Numbered from the whole stretch's first letter, positions 32,268-43,986 are shown. The stretch: DNA of 63,875 bases, filler included, from Trichomonas gallinae (GCA_008369845.1; 12 parts of 12 records of this genome joined end to end with filler, not necessarily neighbours in it); one strand, 5' to 3'. Numbers and translations: made by a program. Notes: generated from the letters alone by a model not told the origin.

Positions 32268-34211
32268 TTACATCAATGAAGAAAGTTTGATTGTGTTTTC
32301 TAGACCGACAAGACGACGCTTCCATTTGTTTTCATCGAATTCAACTTTAGAAGTTTTGCTCAATGAGATCTGTTTCTTGAGTTCATCGATGAACTTTTCG
32401 CATTCATTTCTACCTTTGTCATTCTTACATTGGCTAAGCAGTTCGTTTGCTTTATTTATGAACTGTGAAGATTTAGATTTCACATCTTCATGAGATTCCT
32501 TGACGTCGAGGGATTTAGATGAAACGTTATCAAGATAATCAGAAATTTTATCATATTGAGAAGGTTTGATATTAATTCCTTCGAACTCATTTTGCTCTAG
32601 GAAGATTCTTGCGTCTCTAATTTTTGCAGAGACAGCATCAATAGACAAACCTTGTGCTGCAACATATTCTGGTGCATCTTTGACTGCTCGCTCGCATTTG
32701 TTGATTGATGATTCGAGTCTGTTCCTAGCATTCAATACTTCTGTTATCATCTTGTCCGATTCTTCCGATCTAGCAATATTCGTCTTGATTATTTCAGCTT
32801 CTTCGTCATCAATCATTCCGTCATCATCATATCTGACATCTTGACCATCGACTATTACTGTTCCACTCTCAGATAAATGCAAAATAACATTGCTTGGATT
32901 GTCTATTGTAAGAGTTCCGATGTTGTCTCTTCCGCAAATAAACAAGAATTCATTTTCATTCGCATTGAATTCTTTCGATGAAGGCAAGTGTGAATTCCTC
33001 GGAAATACAACCGACGACGATGGCTCAACAGTTATCTCGAAATCCGCGCAATCGCTGAGAATTATGCTCTCCATCATCTCTGTTAAATATCCACAGCCAA
33101 GAGCAACGCATTCTTCTGAATCTGATCTTGCTTGTAAACCTGTGCAATTCTCAATCGTCTTCCTGAACAAAGGAACAAGAGAATTTCCACCGAAAAGATC
33201 AACAAACTTAATGTCTTTCTTGCTGACATTCGCTTCGTTGAGAAGATTTTCTATCGTCTGTATAATTGATTCAACGGAATCTTTGATGATTTCATTGAAT
33301 TCGTCTCTCGTAAAATTGAATTTAATATCTCTTTCACCACTCATTGAGCTGAACTCGAATGGGCAGACTTGGTTGACAGTGAGGTTCTCCTTCAGTTTGT
33401 TCACGGTGTTCATGAATCTCTTTGACGTTCTCTTTGATTTTTCGATGTCGACTTTGTATTTCTGCAATGCAACCTCTCTCATGTGCTGGTAGAGCTGGTC
33501 TGTAAGCTTAGATCCATTGACGAACTTGTTCACTTTCGATCCGATAACATTAACAGCTCCGTATTTCATTCTAATCAATGAAACAGTTGTTTGAGATTTT
33601 CCGCTGTCGATGAAAAGAGTTATTTCAGATTTATCATTTGGACCAGGGAGTTTGTCTTTGTTCATTGTAACATAGTTAACTGCTGCAGCTGCTGTTGTGC
33701 TTACTAGCTTTGTTACTGTGATATCTGCGATTTGCAATGTAGAGATGAGTTTTTGTCTTCTTGCTGGAGACCAATTTGGAGGAACAGCTACAACAACATC
33801 GCATGTTTTGTGTGAGCCTTTAGGAAGTAATATTGTGAAAATATATGCAATAATTTCTTCTACATTAATTATTCTGTCTTCTGATTCGACCTTAATGCCA
33901 GTGTATCCATTTTTCAGTTTAACCATATCATATTTAACTCTTTCTTCCAATTCGATTTTTTCATCTGAATTAAATTTCAGTCCAATTAATGATTTAAGAT
34001 CTGTAATAGTGTCTGATATGTATTGGAGCTCGTTATTCTTTGCAATATCACCGTATTCTCTCACTCCATTTGCGAATGAGACATATGCTGGCGTGATTCT
34101 TCCACTTCTTGATGAAAGAACTTCACAGTGGGATCCTTTGGGTACTGACACTATGATGTTGTTGTCACCAATATCAATGCCGTACTGGTTGTGACGTAGT
34201 AATTGCTCCAT
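32268..34211 (-). CDS. Divergent Hsp70-superfamily protein, Hsp110/SSE-like, with reduced substrate-binding domain
   Basis: GIDIG, TPAYVSF..G.R.YG, VVAVP..W, AAAVNY, FIDSG...T.VS, KLKENL, TRDEF, LFGGNS.VP, ECVALGC, NARNRLES. First ATG at 34211; in-frame GTG at 34241. Confidence 0.85.
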   Translation of the reverse strand: MEQLLRHNQYGIDIGDNNIIVSVPKGSHCEVLSSRSGRITPAYVSFANGVREYGDIAKNNELQYISDTITDLKSLIGLKFNSDEKIELEERVKYDMVKLKNGYTGIKVESEDRIINVEEIIAYIFTILLPKGSHKTCDVVVAVPPNWSPARRQKLISTLQIADITVTKLVSTTAAAAVNYVTMNKDKLPGPNDKSEITLFIDSGKSQTTVSLIRMKYGAVNVIGSKVNKFVNGSKLTDQLYQHMREVALQKYKVDIEKSKRTSKRFMNTVNKLKENLTVNQVCPFEFSSMSGERDIKFNFTRDEFNEIIKDSVESIIQTIENLLNEANVSKKDIKFVDLFGGNSLVPLFRKTIENCTGLQARSDSEECVALGCGYLTEMMESIILSDCADFEITVEPSSSVVFPRNSHLPSSKEFNANENEFLFICGRDNIGTLTIDNPSNVILHLSESGTVIVDGQDVRYDDDGMIDDEEAEIIKTNIARSEESDKMITEVLNARNRLESSINKCERAVKDAPEYVAAQGLSIDAVSAKIRDARIFLEQNEFEGINIKPSQYDKISDYLDNVSSKSLDVKESHEDVKSKSSQFINKANELLSQCKNDKGRNECEKFIDELKKQISLSKTSKVEFDENKWKRRLVGLENTIKLSSLM

Positions 34212-34856
34212 ATATTTTTTTGGTGGAAAGTGTTCGGCCACTTATAAAGTCAATCAAAAATTTTATGTAAAAAAGCGTTTTTAGCCAAAATTTTGTTGTG
34301 ATTTATAACATTTTCCATCTGAAGATTTATATTAGCGCATTAATTATAAAATTTTGTCAAAAATTTAAATTTTTTAAAAAATATCAAAATTGATTAATAA
34401 AATCACAATAGTAAATTCCTTTTCATAAAATAACATATTTTAAATGTTCTCGAATCTTGGACTAATACAGTAACTTCCTAAAATCGATAAAATCATCATT
34501 TCAAAATCTTGACATGTAAAAATACAAATGTCATAAATCATGTATAAAGAATTTGAGCTAAATTGCTTCAATCACGTGTTTCAGACGATTTCGACATGTT
34601 AGGATGAAAGCTTATGAGTATAAGCATATGCACATCTAGTTAACTTTCATTCGAATGCGAAAAATATCTGCGAAAGAAAGGTATGGAAACTAATAACCTT
34701 ATTTTAACGGACGAATGTTGATGGTGCAAAAGTCTTGCACAGCACAGATAGTTGGCNNNNNNNNNNNNNNNNNNNNNNNNNNNNNNNNNNNNNNNNNNNN
34801 TTAATTAATTAANNNNNNNNNNNNNNNNNNNNNNNNNNNNNNNNNNNNNNNNNNNN

Positions 34857-34940
34857 CAATTTTGGATCATTTTAAGCATCTTTTATTCATGGTATATTAT
34901 AACCGTTTCAATTCAAAATTGAATGTTCAAGAATATTATT
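34857..34940. repeat. Dispersed repeat, copy 1 (copy 2 at 41451-41538)
   Basis: caattttg(g/a)atcattttaagcatcttttattcat...tattataaccgtttcaattcaaaattgaat is shared nearly identically between the two sites. Confidence 0.85.
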
Positions 34941-35307
34941 ATATTTTCATTTTTTTGAATTTACAATTCAAAAAAGTGAAAATATAATGTCATTGTTTAC
35001 ATTCAAATATTATTTTTCGAACGAAAAAATAATATATATAACAATTGTTATATTTTTGTTTTCAAAACAAAAAAAGAAAAAAAGATACCTCTCAAACGAG
35101 ATTCGAACGTCGTACGTTTACTGATATTTATTTCATGGTACCATTTCATGCTGGCTTTGGCAGCTTTTCTCTACCAATTATATAATGTTTTTTTTTTCCT
35201 ATTGTTTGCCAATCCCTGCAATAAAATTGAGAGATGACCGTCAGATTCAAAAATAACACAAAAATTTACATACGGTAAAATAAAATAATTTAAAATAACT
35301 TTATTAA

Positions 35308-38300
35308 TTAATTTGAATCGTTTTCAATATCTTCGGAATCGACTGTGAATGTTTCGCCGGAGTTCTCGTCGGTTTGGTCATCAGCGGCAACCATGCCTTC
35401 TGAAACATCAATAGTACTGACAGATGCTGTTTCTCCAGAGTCTTCGTGGGATGGAAGTTCAACATCTTCTTCTTCAACTTTAACGATTGGCTCATCATCG
35501 AATTCTTCGGCTTTGCGACTTGGATAGATTAGCAATATTAGAATAATTATCAATGCTGTTATGATAAATGCGGCAACCAAGATGATAATGAATTTAAGGT
35601 TTGTGTTGATTGTTTGGAAGCCACCTTTTTCATTGTTGTGAAGATAATTAGGATTATCTGGTCTGAGAACTTTGAATATAAGTGTCGTTGGATTTGATTC
35701 TTGACCGCTCTGGTCTTTGGCGTATATTGTAATATTTATTTGATCGCCAATGTTTGTCTCATTTGTCATATTGAAATTGATAAAGTGTGTCTCAACTTCT
35801 GGCTTGGTAACAATTGTTACATTGAAGTTACGTGGTACTACTTTGTTTCCGTTTTCGCCAATGAACTCAACATGAATCGTTGATATATCATTAGGGTTCA
35901 GATCGGATAAGTTAAAGAAGATTTTAACATTTGCATCCTTTTTATCAGAAATCTCTGTATTATTGATTATATGTAAAACTGGAGGGTAGTTTTTGGCTGT
36001 AATTGTCAGAATGCTTTCTTCTTTTTGACCAAATTGATCTTCCACAGTGCCTTTGAACGTAATATTACTTGGGTTTGGAAGAGTATTTGGAATAGTGTAA
36101 TTGAAAGAACCGGTCATTCCTCCTTTTCCATTGGAAATGTAACAATTTTCGACAATGCGACTACCATTTGTGTCTGTGATTGTATAGTTGATATTATTGT
36201 TGCCATTGGGTTCGTCAATGGTATAATAAACTGTGATTTTACTCCCTAAACTTGGAAAATCTTTGCCACTCAAAGTTATATTAATTTGTTGGACAATGGA
36301 AATTTTGGATTTAGCTGGTTCGGATACAAATCCATATTGATCTGTTGCTGTAAGCAAGAGAGATTCATTTATATTTGTAATATTCATCGGGATTGTAATG
36401 TTAAATGACTTGTTTGTTTCAACTTCTGGCATTGTTGTAGTGTTAGGCTCAACAATGAAGAATGAATCTCCAAATTTTAGGACAAGTTGAGCAGAATCGG
36501 GGATGTCTTCGTCTGAGATTTTATACTCAATGGTGATATTATCGCCTCTGCGATAACGTCCTTGATAGTCATATTTGAAGCTGACAACAGGTTTAGCTCT
36601 TATTGCATAAGTCAGTTTGATTGGATCTGATCCTAATCCATATTTATCAACGACTATTATAACGATTTCTTTTTCACCAAGCGTTTGATTGTCTGCAGTG
36701 AAGTTGACCTGTGAAGTACCGTTATTGGTGAGTGTGGCAATGACTTTTCCGTTGACAGTAACGTTGAACTTTTCATCTTCATCAATATCCGTGATGTTTA
36801 AGTGAATTGTTATTGTGTCGTTACGGAGGACATTTAGCTTTTCGAATTCTGCTTGTATAATTGGTTTGTTGCGGATCTCAACTTCAACTGATTTGTTATC
36901 TTGGAGGCCATGACTATCGATGGCTTTGAATGTGATCTTCAATTTCCCGGAGATTTGTTTTGATGGGAGTTCAATTTCATAATCCTTAATGTTATGATCT
37001 AATGAATCAACATGCTGAACTAAGGACTTAAATTCTATTCCATCATAAGAATAACTTAAACCGATGTAATCCCTTGGTTCTTGCTCCTCAACTTCGAGTT
37101 TGAATGTTGCATTCTCGCCTGGTTGGAAAATTGTTGTATTTTCATGAACTGTCAAAATTGGTGTGAAGTAGACTTGCAACATTACTTCTTTAGGATTAGA
37201 AGAGATGCTTGAGCTGTCAACGGCCGAGATTGTAAAAGTCACATTTCCAATATCTGCATCGTCAGGAAGGGTGAATTTGAATTCAAAATCACTTGACTGG
37301 CCTTTCTTTGTGTTTAATATTTGTGGGTGTCCATATTTATTGAGGGTAACATTAACAATATCTGTATCGTCGTCGTCAGTGATATTGCCTTTGATGATTA
37401 CTGTTTCTCCACGGAAATAGTGATCCTTGTCCGGATAAGCATAATGAATTACTGGTCTGTTTCTGAGGTTAACTGTTAAATCTTTAGTGCTAGTGAAGTT
37501 GTTTTGATCTTTGATAACCAATGTTTTAGTGATGGATGTTACTTGGTGATCTCCTGGGATACTATATGGACCAAATTTGATTTCTTTGGTGTGATTATCA
37601 GGAGAGGTGGTGACATCACCGACCTTTTCGAATTCGGTGCCGTTGTTTGTTCCATATGTGATTGTATCACCATCATCGTCATCTTTGATGAAGCATGTAA
37701 TTGTGTAGTTGTCGCCAGCGTTATATACATCATTATCCAAGGTGCAGTTGATGAATGAAGGAGTAGAAAGAATAGTGATTGTGAAGTTCTTATACTCTGA
37801 TTTGAGACCGTCTGTGTCAACACTGTAGAGAGAGATGTTAATTGTGCTGACGCCCTGATCTTGAGGAACACGGTAGGTGAAGTTGAATGTTGTGCCATTG
37901 ACGATGTTTGTAAGAGTCTGATTCGATGGAGAGGATACAAGATAGACTGTAGTGTTGTCGCCATCGATATCAAGAGCAGTTACGCTGATGTTGAATTCTG
38001 AGCCAGAAGTGTAGTTGATAGAAGTAAAATCTTCAACTTGGATTTCTGGGTAGCCCTTGACAGTGACATTTGTTGTTACATTGCTTGAAAGTCCAAATTG
38101 ATCAGCTACATTGATTGTCAATTGGGTTAGTCCTGGTGCTGCATCAGGTAAAACATTAACATGGATTGTTTGTTCCTTGATATTAGAAGATGATTCTAAA
38201 GAAAGGCGCTTAAACTGGAAATTCGAGAGGGATCTCAATGAGATCGGCTCCTCTGAACCTGTTTCTTCAACATTTGGTTCTTCATCTTCAATTGGTGTTG

Positions 38301-40092
38301 GTTCGGCATTCGGGCCGAGTATGTATTTGAATTGGAATTCATCGTATGGCAAATCATTGTCTTCGATCTTCAGCTGTACTGTACTCTGTTTGCCTGGAAC
38401 AAAGCTGGATTTTGCCAATATTGTGGCATTTGGAATGAAGTGAACAAGTAAGTCCAATGATTTCTCAGCACTTAATGAGTATTTGTCTGTTGCATGGAAA
38501 ATCAATCTTGGCTTGTTTGTTGTGATGGTTGATGGGATGGTGATGTTTATAATTTTTTCATACGTGTTTTCGGTCATAGTAATTGGATTCTCGAGTTGGA
38601 TTTCATGCTCTGCATCAAAATCAAATTTGTAATATCCAGAAATATTCTCGTCTTCGTCAGGGTCAGTGATAATTAATGTCAAATTAAAACTTTCTCCTGG
38701 TACATAGAAGTCTTTCTGGGTTAAATCCAATGTAATGTTTGGTTTCTCAACAAGTAAAATTGAAACGTTTATTGGTTCGGAAGTTATGTTGAAACTGTCT
38801 CTAACTACGATGGAGACATTTGTTGTTCCTGTTGAGAAATTGCTATCATTTGGAAGAGTAATATTAAGTTCAGTGATATTACCTGTGCGAACAATTTTGT
38901 CGCCATATGTCATGAAATTACCATTATCACCGATCTTTACGAAAATCTGGAAAACATCATTTTCATCCTCGTCTTTGCAATTAAATGTTATTTTGAATAA
39001 TTCATCATCTTTAGTATAATTTGTCCTGTCTGGAGGAAATTCGAATAAAGCAGGTCTTGATCTGATTGAAAGATTACCTGGATGTTCATCAGCTATAATA
39101 TCATCGTTAATTGTGATTCGGTACATAATCATAAAATCTCCAATAGGAGTATTTGATGGAATAGTATAAGGGACCACAATTGTCTGATTGTCGATGGTAT
39201 AGTTTCTTTTTTCACCATTAACATAGACAAAGTATGGAGTATTGTTTTCAGCAGAAATATTCATCTTAAACGTAAGGTCAACCTTATCGCCTGCACTAAA
39301 ATATTCCTCTTTTGGATCATATTTTATATCCACTGGACTACGAACTGAATAATTCAGTTCGGCAAAGCCGGCTGTAGCTACATCTGATTCATATCCGGCA
39401 AGTTCAAAGGTGTAATCCCCCACTTCATCCATCATTGTGAAAGATAGATCTACAGGTACTTCGGGGAAGGTAAATCTAACACTACCTTGATCAATGCTTC
39501 CAAGGTATTGATATGAATTATCAAAATCCGTACGATCTGGTCTGGTTTCATGAACTTCAAAAGAATTGCCATATATGTAAATATCTGGTACAGTATTTAC
39601 AGAAAAAATAGAAGTATTAAATTCAATAGGAGTTGAAGGGGGAATATATGTGTGTTTCAATGAGAAGTTTTCAAATTTCAGCTTATCTAAATATGTAAAA
39701 GTGCAATCAGAAACAAATTGGAAATTGCTTTCATTTATAAGAAAAATTGAAAGGTAGTAGTTACCCCTTGACTGATTGATTTTATCTTTGAGTGGAAGAG
39801 TTACTGCAGTTTGACCGGGTTTCTTACCTTGGGTTAGTTGTTGATTGGTATTTATGTAATCAGCTGAGTCTATTTGATCTTTGGTGGCTGTACTATTTTG
39901 ACCTAAAAAGATGAGTTTATAATATAGATCATAACTAAAAGTAGCATCATCAGGTTTATAGTTAGCCCCTAAGCCAACCTTAGTAGTTGGTCTTATATAA
40001 TAAAAAGGATCAGGGGGGTTTAAATTGAATGAAGTGAAACTACTTAGCTCAGATGCTGATAAAGACAAAGTAAACCAAAATGAAAGAAGCAT
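35308..40092 (-). CDS. Large type I surface protein with tandem Ig/cadherin-like (Bap-like) beta-sandwich repeats
   Basis: Signal peptide; repeats of about 95-100 aa (P......Y..G...I.D.D...A.D..G.S); many N-x-S/T sites; C-terminal TM helix and a highly acidic cytoplasmic tail. Confidence 0.85.
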   Translation of the reverse strand: MLLSFWFTLSLSASELSSFTSFNLNPPDPFYYIRPTTKVGLGANYKPDDATFSYDLYYKLIFLGQNSTATKDQIDSADYINTNQQLTQGKKPGQTAVTLPLKDKINQSRGNYYLSIFLINESNFQFVSDCTFTYLDKLKFENFSLKHTYIPPSTPIEFNTSIFSVNTVPDIYIYGNSFEVHETRPDRTDFDNSYQYLGSIDQGSVRFTFPEVPVDLSFTMMDEVGDYTFELAGYESDVATAGFAELNYSVRSPVDIKYDPKEEYFSAGDKVDLTFKMNISAENNTPYFVYVNGEKRNYTIDNQTIVVPYTIPSNTPIGDFMIMYRITINDDIIADEHPGNLSIRSRPALFEFPPDRTNYTKDDELFKITFNCKDEDENDVFQIFVKIGDNGNFMTYGDKIVRTGNITELNITLPNDSNFSTGTTNVSIVVRDSFNITSEPINVSILLVEKPNITLDLTQKDFYVPGESFNLTLIITDPDEDENISGYYKFDFDAEHEIQLENPITMTENTYEKIINITIPSTITTNKPRLIFHATDKYSLSAEKSLDLLVHFIPNATILAKSSFVPGKQSTVQLKIEDNDLPYDEFQFKYILGPNAEPTPIEDEEPNVEETGSEEPISLRSLSNFQFKRLSLESSSNIKEQTIHVNVLPDAAPGLTQLTINVADQFGLSSNVTTNVTVKGYPEIQVEDFTSINYTSGSEFNISVTALDIDGDNTTVYLVSSPSNQTLTNIVNGTTFNFTYRVPQDQGVSTINISLYSVDTDGLKSEYKNFTITILSTPSFINCTLDNDVYNAGDNYTITCFIKDDDDGDTITYGTNNGTEFEKVGDVTTSPDNHTKEIKFGPYSIPGDHQVTSITKTLVIKDQNNFTSTKDLTVNLRNRPVIHYAYPDKDHYFRGETVIIKGNITDDDDTDIVNVTLNKYGHPQILNTKKGQSSDFEFKFTLPDDADIGNVTFTISAVDSSSISSNPKEVMLQVYFTPILTVHENTTIFQPGENATFKLEVEEQEPRDYIGLSYSYDGIEFKSLVQHVDSLDHNIKDYEIELPSKQISGKLKITFKAIDSHGLQDNKSVEVEIRNKPIIQAEFEKLNVLRNDTITIHLNITDIDEDEKFNVTVNGKVIATLTNNGTSQVNFTADNQTLGEKEIVIIVVDKYGLGSDPIKLTYAIRAKPVVSFKYDYQGRYRRGDNITIEYKISDEDIPDSAQLVLKFGDSFFIVEPNTTTMPEVETNKSFNITIPMNITNINESLLLTATDQYGFVSEPAKSKISIVQQINITLSGKDFPSLGSKITVYYTIDEPNGNNNINYTITDTNGSRIVENCYISNGKGGMTGSFNYTIPNTLPNPSNITFKGTVEDQFGQKEESILTITAKNYPPVLHIINNTEISDKKDANVKIFFNLSDLNPNDISTIHVEFIGENGNKVVPRNFNVTIVTKPEVETHFINFNMTNETNIGDQINITIYAKDQSGQESNPTTLIFKVLRPDNPNYLHNNEKGGFQTINTNLKFIIILVAAFIITALIIILILLIYPSRKAEEFDDEPIVKVEEEDVELPSHEDSGETASVSTIDVSEGMVAADDQTDENSGETFTVDSEDIENDSN

Positions 40093-41385
40093 GATCTCTG
40101 GTATGAATGAAAAAATATGATTATTTTCAAAGGTTTTTCAATATTTGAAAACAGAATCAAAACAACTCAAAATTGAAAAAGTATCGAAGTAGACAAAAGG
40201 ATTACTATGGATTATTAAATAGTTATATTTCAATTCTTTTGATTGAAAGATTTAATTCAATATTATAAACTTGATTATCTTAAACACTATATTATATCTA
40301 TCAAATGAGACAGATTTTATATTAACTTTTGAGACAATTTAGCATCGCACAATATTCTGAAAAGTGAAATTGAAAGAATACAAAATATATTGAAATTGAA
40401 AAAATTAAACGATTATAATATGCATATTGATTATCAGATTATATTGAGTATAAAATATACAAACTGATTATGTTTTCTAAAAAATATAATATATAATCAT
40501 GCAATTATGCTTGAAATATGATCATAATCATAAGTCTGAAATTTGAAAAATTGAAATGCTATAAATTCGTAAGGAATTGGCTGTGAAAAAAAAAATTGAA
40601 GACCGATAGAAATTAACATGAATTTGTTCCTTAATTTACAGCGGGTTGATATGAGTGGTCTTTTATGGATATTTCAATATCCGTCAATAAAAAATAATTT
40701 ATTGAAAATTTGTTGATTTTGAAATTTCAAAATTTCACATTCAAATTGAAAATTATTAAATGAAAAATATCGATTTATTGTATAATACAATTTCATGTAT
40801 TTTAATGTAAAATCAAGAAGATGTAAATTTTTACAATTGTGTTTTTTATCGGTAAATGGTGTCAGATTGCCTGTCAAATTTGTTAATATTGGTATTCTAT
40901 ACTATCTATTTATTCGTGTCAAATTATGATCTTTTTTTAGATATTTCAGGGGGTTGTATTGAAAAATTTGGAATTATAGTTTTGAATTTGATATATTAAC
41001 TAATAAAATTTTTAACTCGCAAACTAAAGATAGCATAAGGCTGGATTTCATTGTTTGTTGCGTTTTATATAATATCCCAAATCAGTTAAGTTATTTTCAG
41101 GTTATTTGGTTATTTTTGTTGCTTCTATAAATTAAGCAATATGAATAATGACTTTTAATTTGAAAACTACAATAAAACGACTTGGTCAGTTAGGAAAATG
41201 TTCGAGTATAAATACAAAATTTAGGTATAAATATGTTATCATAAGCTATTGCAAGTTAAAATGTTACAATTAAGCCCCGTCATGTCCAATATTAGTCACT
41301 TTTTTAAAAAAAAATTTCGATATTTTTGGCTTTTTATATAAGTTAAAAATAACATACCACTAATATTAAACATACTTTCAATATT

Positions 41386-41436
41386 AAAAATATACGCCAC
41401 TTTTTGAGCTTCGCTCAAAAAGTGGCGTATATTTTT
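41386..41436. repeat. Perfect 24-bp palindromic hairpin with 3-nt loop
   Basis: aaaaatatacgccactttttgagc-ttc-gctcaaaaagtggcgtatattttt; the minus strand contains GCGAAGC. Confidence 0.95.
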
Positions 41437-42483
41437 TATTCTTGTGCCTTCAATTTTGAATCATTTTAAGCATCTTTTATTCATATTATTCATATTATAA
41501 CCGTTTCAATTCAAAATTGAATTTGAAAGAATAATATTAAATTTGACAAATATTCTGGTCTCAAAAATGACGTTTATCTACGGGTATGCTTTAATTTATA
41601 ATATATGGCGTCCAATATTTGTTTGAGTCTATCAGTTTTCGATAATGTGAACTATATTGCGGATTAATTACAAGCATTTCGGCTTTAAGGGACAGACAGA
41701 ATAGTTAAGGTTATTTGTCAATTTTCAGACACCAGATTAGCACAGTTAAGCGAGAAAATGCCAACTGCCAGATATGGTTACATAGGCAAATCATCTCTTT
41801 ATCACATAAGGAACATTTAAGGTTTTTTGTGTTTTTAAAGGATTTCATCGAAAAATCATATAATTTTTCTAAAAAAAACGTAAGTAAGCTGCAAACCATT
41901 CTACTTCACTTACTTGATACATTAGTCGTTTCAAAATTTATAAATTAGTATTATTCAGTGATATACAAAAATATGTGGAACTCTCAAGAAGCCATTGATT
42001 GTTCAATGAAGAAATAGTGTATAAAAATGAATATATATGCCTTTGCTGAATAATAAAATGCAGATTTAGCATCATTATATCTGAATATCGAAAGATTCTC
42101 TCGTTTTATCATAGTCTGTTTCTCCAATATATATTTAACATAATTATATCAAATGCACTGATGAAATGCGATGAATAGAAAATCATAGCAAATCAGAAAA
42201 TATTCTTGAAAAAAAAAAATCATTTTCAACAAAAATACTCATATTTACTTGTAATATTATCATATGTTGGGAAATCAAGGGAGTGTCAAATCTAATCTCC
42301 ACGATTAAGGGATGGCTCAACCGTTTTTTTGTCGGGCGTAAAAAACAGGGTCTATCAGCCCATATGTTTGCTTTTGTACGTCANNNNNNNNNNNNNNNNN
42401 NNNNNNNNNNNNNNNNNNNNNNNNNNNTTAATTAATTAANNNNNNNNNNNNNNNNNNNNNNNNNNNNNNNNNNNNNNNNNNNN

Positions 42484-42880
42484 TTGATATTTATGATTTT
42501 TTAAAATTTTGTTATATTTACATGATATCATATGATTTCTTGACTATTTTTTTCTATATTTGTGTTTAGTCCACGATTATATATGCAAACATATACCTTT
42601 AATGATAAGAATACAATTGATATCATGTTAATATAACAAAATTCATAAAAATCATATATCTCAAAGACATTGCTTTATGTTTGCATATATGTTTATAAAC
42701 TAAAAACAAAAATAAATCTTATTAGCCACGAAATCATATGATATGTGATTATTACAATAATTAGAAATATCAAAGCGATTGCAATGTGATTGTATATATT
42801 ATCGTGGACTAAAAACAAATATAGAAAAAATTATTCAAGAAATCATATGATATCATGTTAATATAACAAAATTTATAAAT
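42484..42880. repeat. Foldback-like repeat: about 85-bp imperfect inverted repeats with internal partial direct copies
   Basis: 42503-42588 is the approximate reverse complement of 42790-42875 (ccacgat/atcgtgg; atcatatgatatcatg). gatatcatgttaatataacaaaatt recurs at about 42619 and 42849. Confidence 0.8.
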
Positions 42881-43458
42881 TTCGCTTAACAATTGTATTC
42901 TCATAATTAAAGGTAATGAATGCATTCATCATTTAAATTTACATTCATTACTCTATACTAATGCATATTGAAATCGTTGATCTGAGTTCTAAAAAACTGA
43001 TCTAATAATTATATAAAAGTGACGTTTTTACAAAAGTCACTTTTCTTCAATTTTTCAAAAATCATATTATTATTATGACTTGCTTCTTGAGAAATAAAAA
43101 CAACTGATGAAGTTGGATAGTTACTGAACTAATAATGTTTTGGATTTTATTTTATCAAATAGAAAATCATAGAAATTTGGTAAATGGCTCGAATAATTGT
43201 TTTTAACAAAATTGTGTATGTGCATACTCGATGTTAACTTTACAATTTCGTCGTAAAATGATATTTGAATTTAATCTGTTGGATATTTCTGTTTTGTTGT
43301 TATTTGAAACTTCAGCAAATAAGATCAGAGCAATTCGGTTAAATTATGGTATGATTCTAGTAAAAATAATATAATAAATAACAAATATATAACAGATCGC
43401 TTCAATGATTATGGTTTCAGCTAATTTTTGGCATTTTTGTTGACAAAGTAATCCCAAC

Positions 43459-43986
43459 TCAGTTTGTATCAGTATCTGCTGAATCTCGATATGTTCTGCG
43501 AGGTGATCGAACAGTTTGTATTTTTCTAGGCGCTCTATGGAGTTCCTGAAATCGTTTTTCATTGAGTATTTTTGTAGATGTTCGAATTGGCATCGTTAAT
43601 GGATTTTTACCAACAAAACCTTTTCTTGATGATTTCATTGGCTGATCATCCTCATAAACTTGTGTTCTTTCACGCTCCTGTACTGTCGAAATCAGCTCAC
43701 GACTCGGAACAAAATAATTGTAATTGGTTGAAACTTCGGTATTGAGCGGTACATTATCTGAGTAGTCAAACATCTCAGGTGGGACTTGATATCCCCTATA
43801 TTTGTAGTATTTTTTGCGATTGTTGCGTGGACACGGACGATCTTGATTTAACTGAAAGTTTTGTTCGGTAAAAACGAACCATCTACCAGTATTTCGCATT
43901 TTTATAGTCGACGAAGGCCATATTATCACATTTTCAACTGGTTCTGGTTTAGAAAACCTGAAATATGGCTTCTTACAATTCTTCAT
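43459..43986 (-). CDS. Hypothetical basic protein
   Basis: GC-richer ORF, first ATG at 43986; no recognisable domain. Confidence 0.6.
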   Translation of the reverse strand: MKNCKKPYFRFSKPEPVENVIIWPSSTIKMRNTGRWFVFTEQNFQLNQDRPCPRNNRKKYYKYRGYQVPPEMFDYSDNVPLNTEVSTNYNYFVPSRELISTVQERERTQVYEDDQPMKSSRKGFVGKNPLTMPIRTSTKILNEKRFQELHRAPRKIQTVRSPRRTYRDSADTDTN

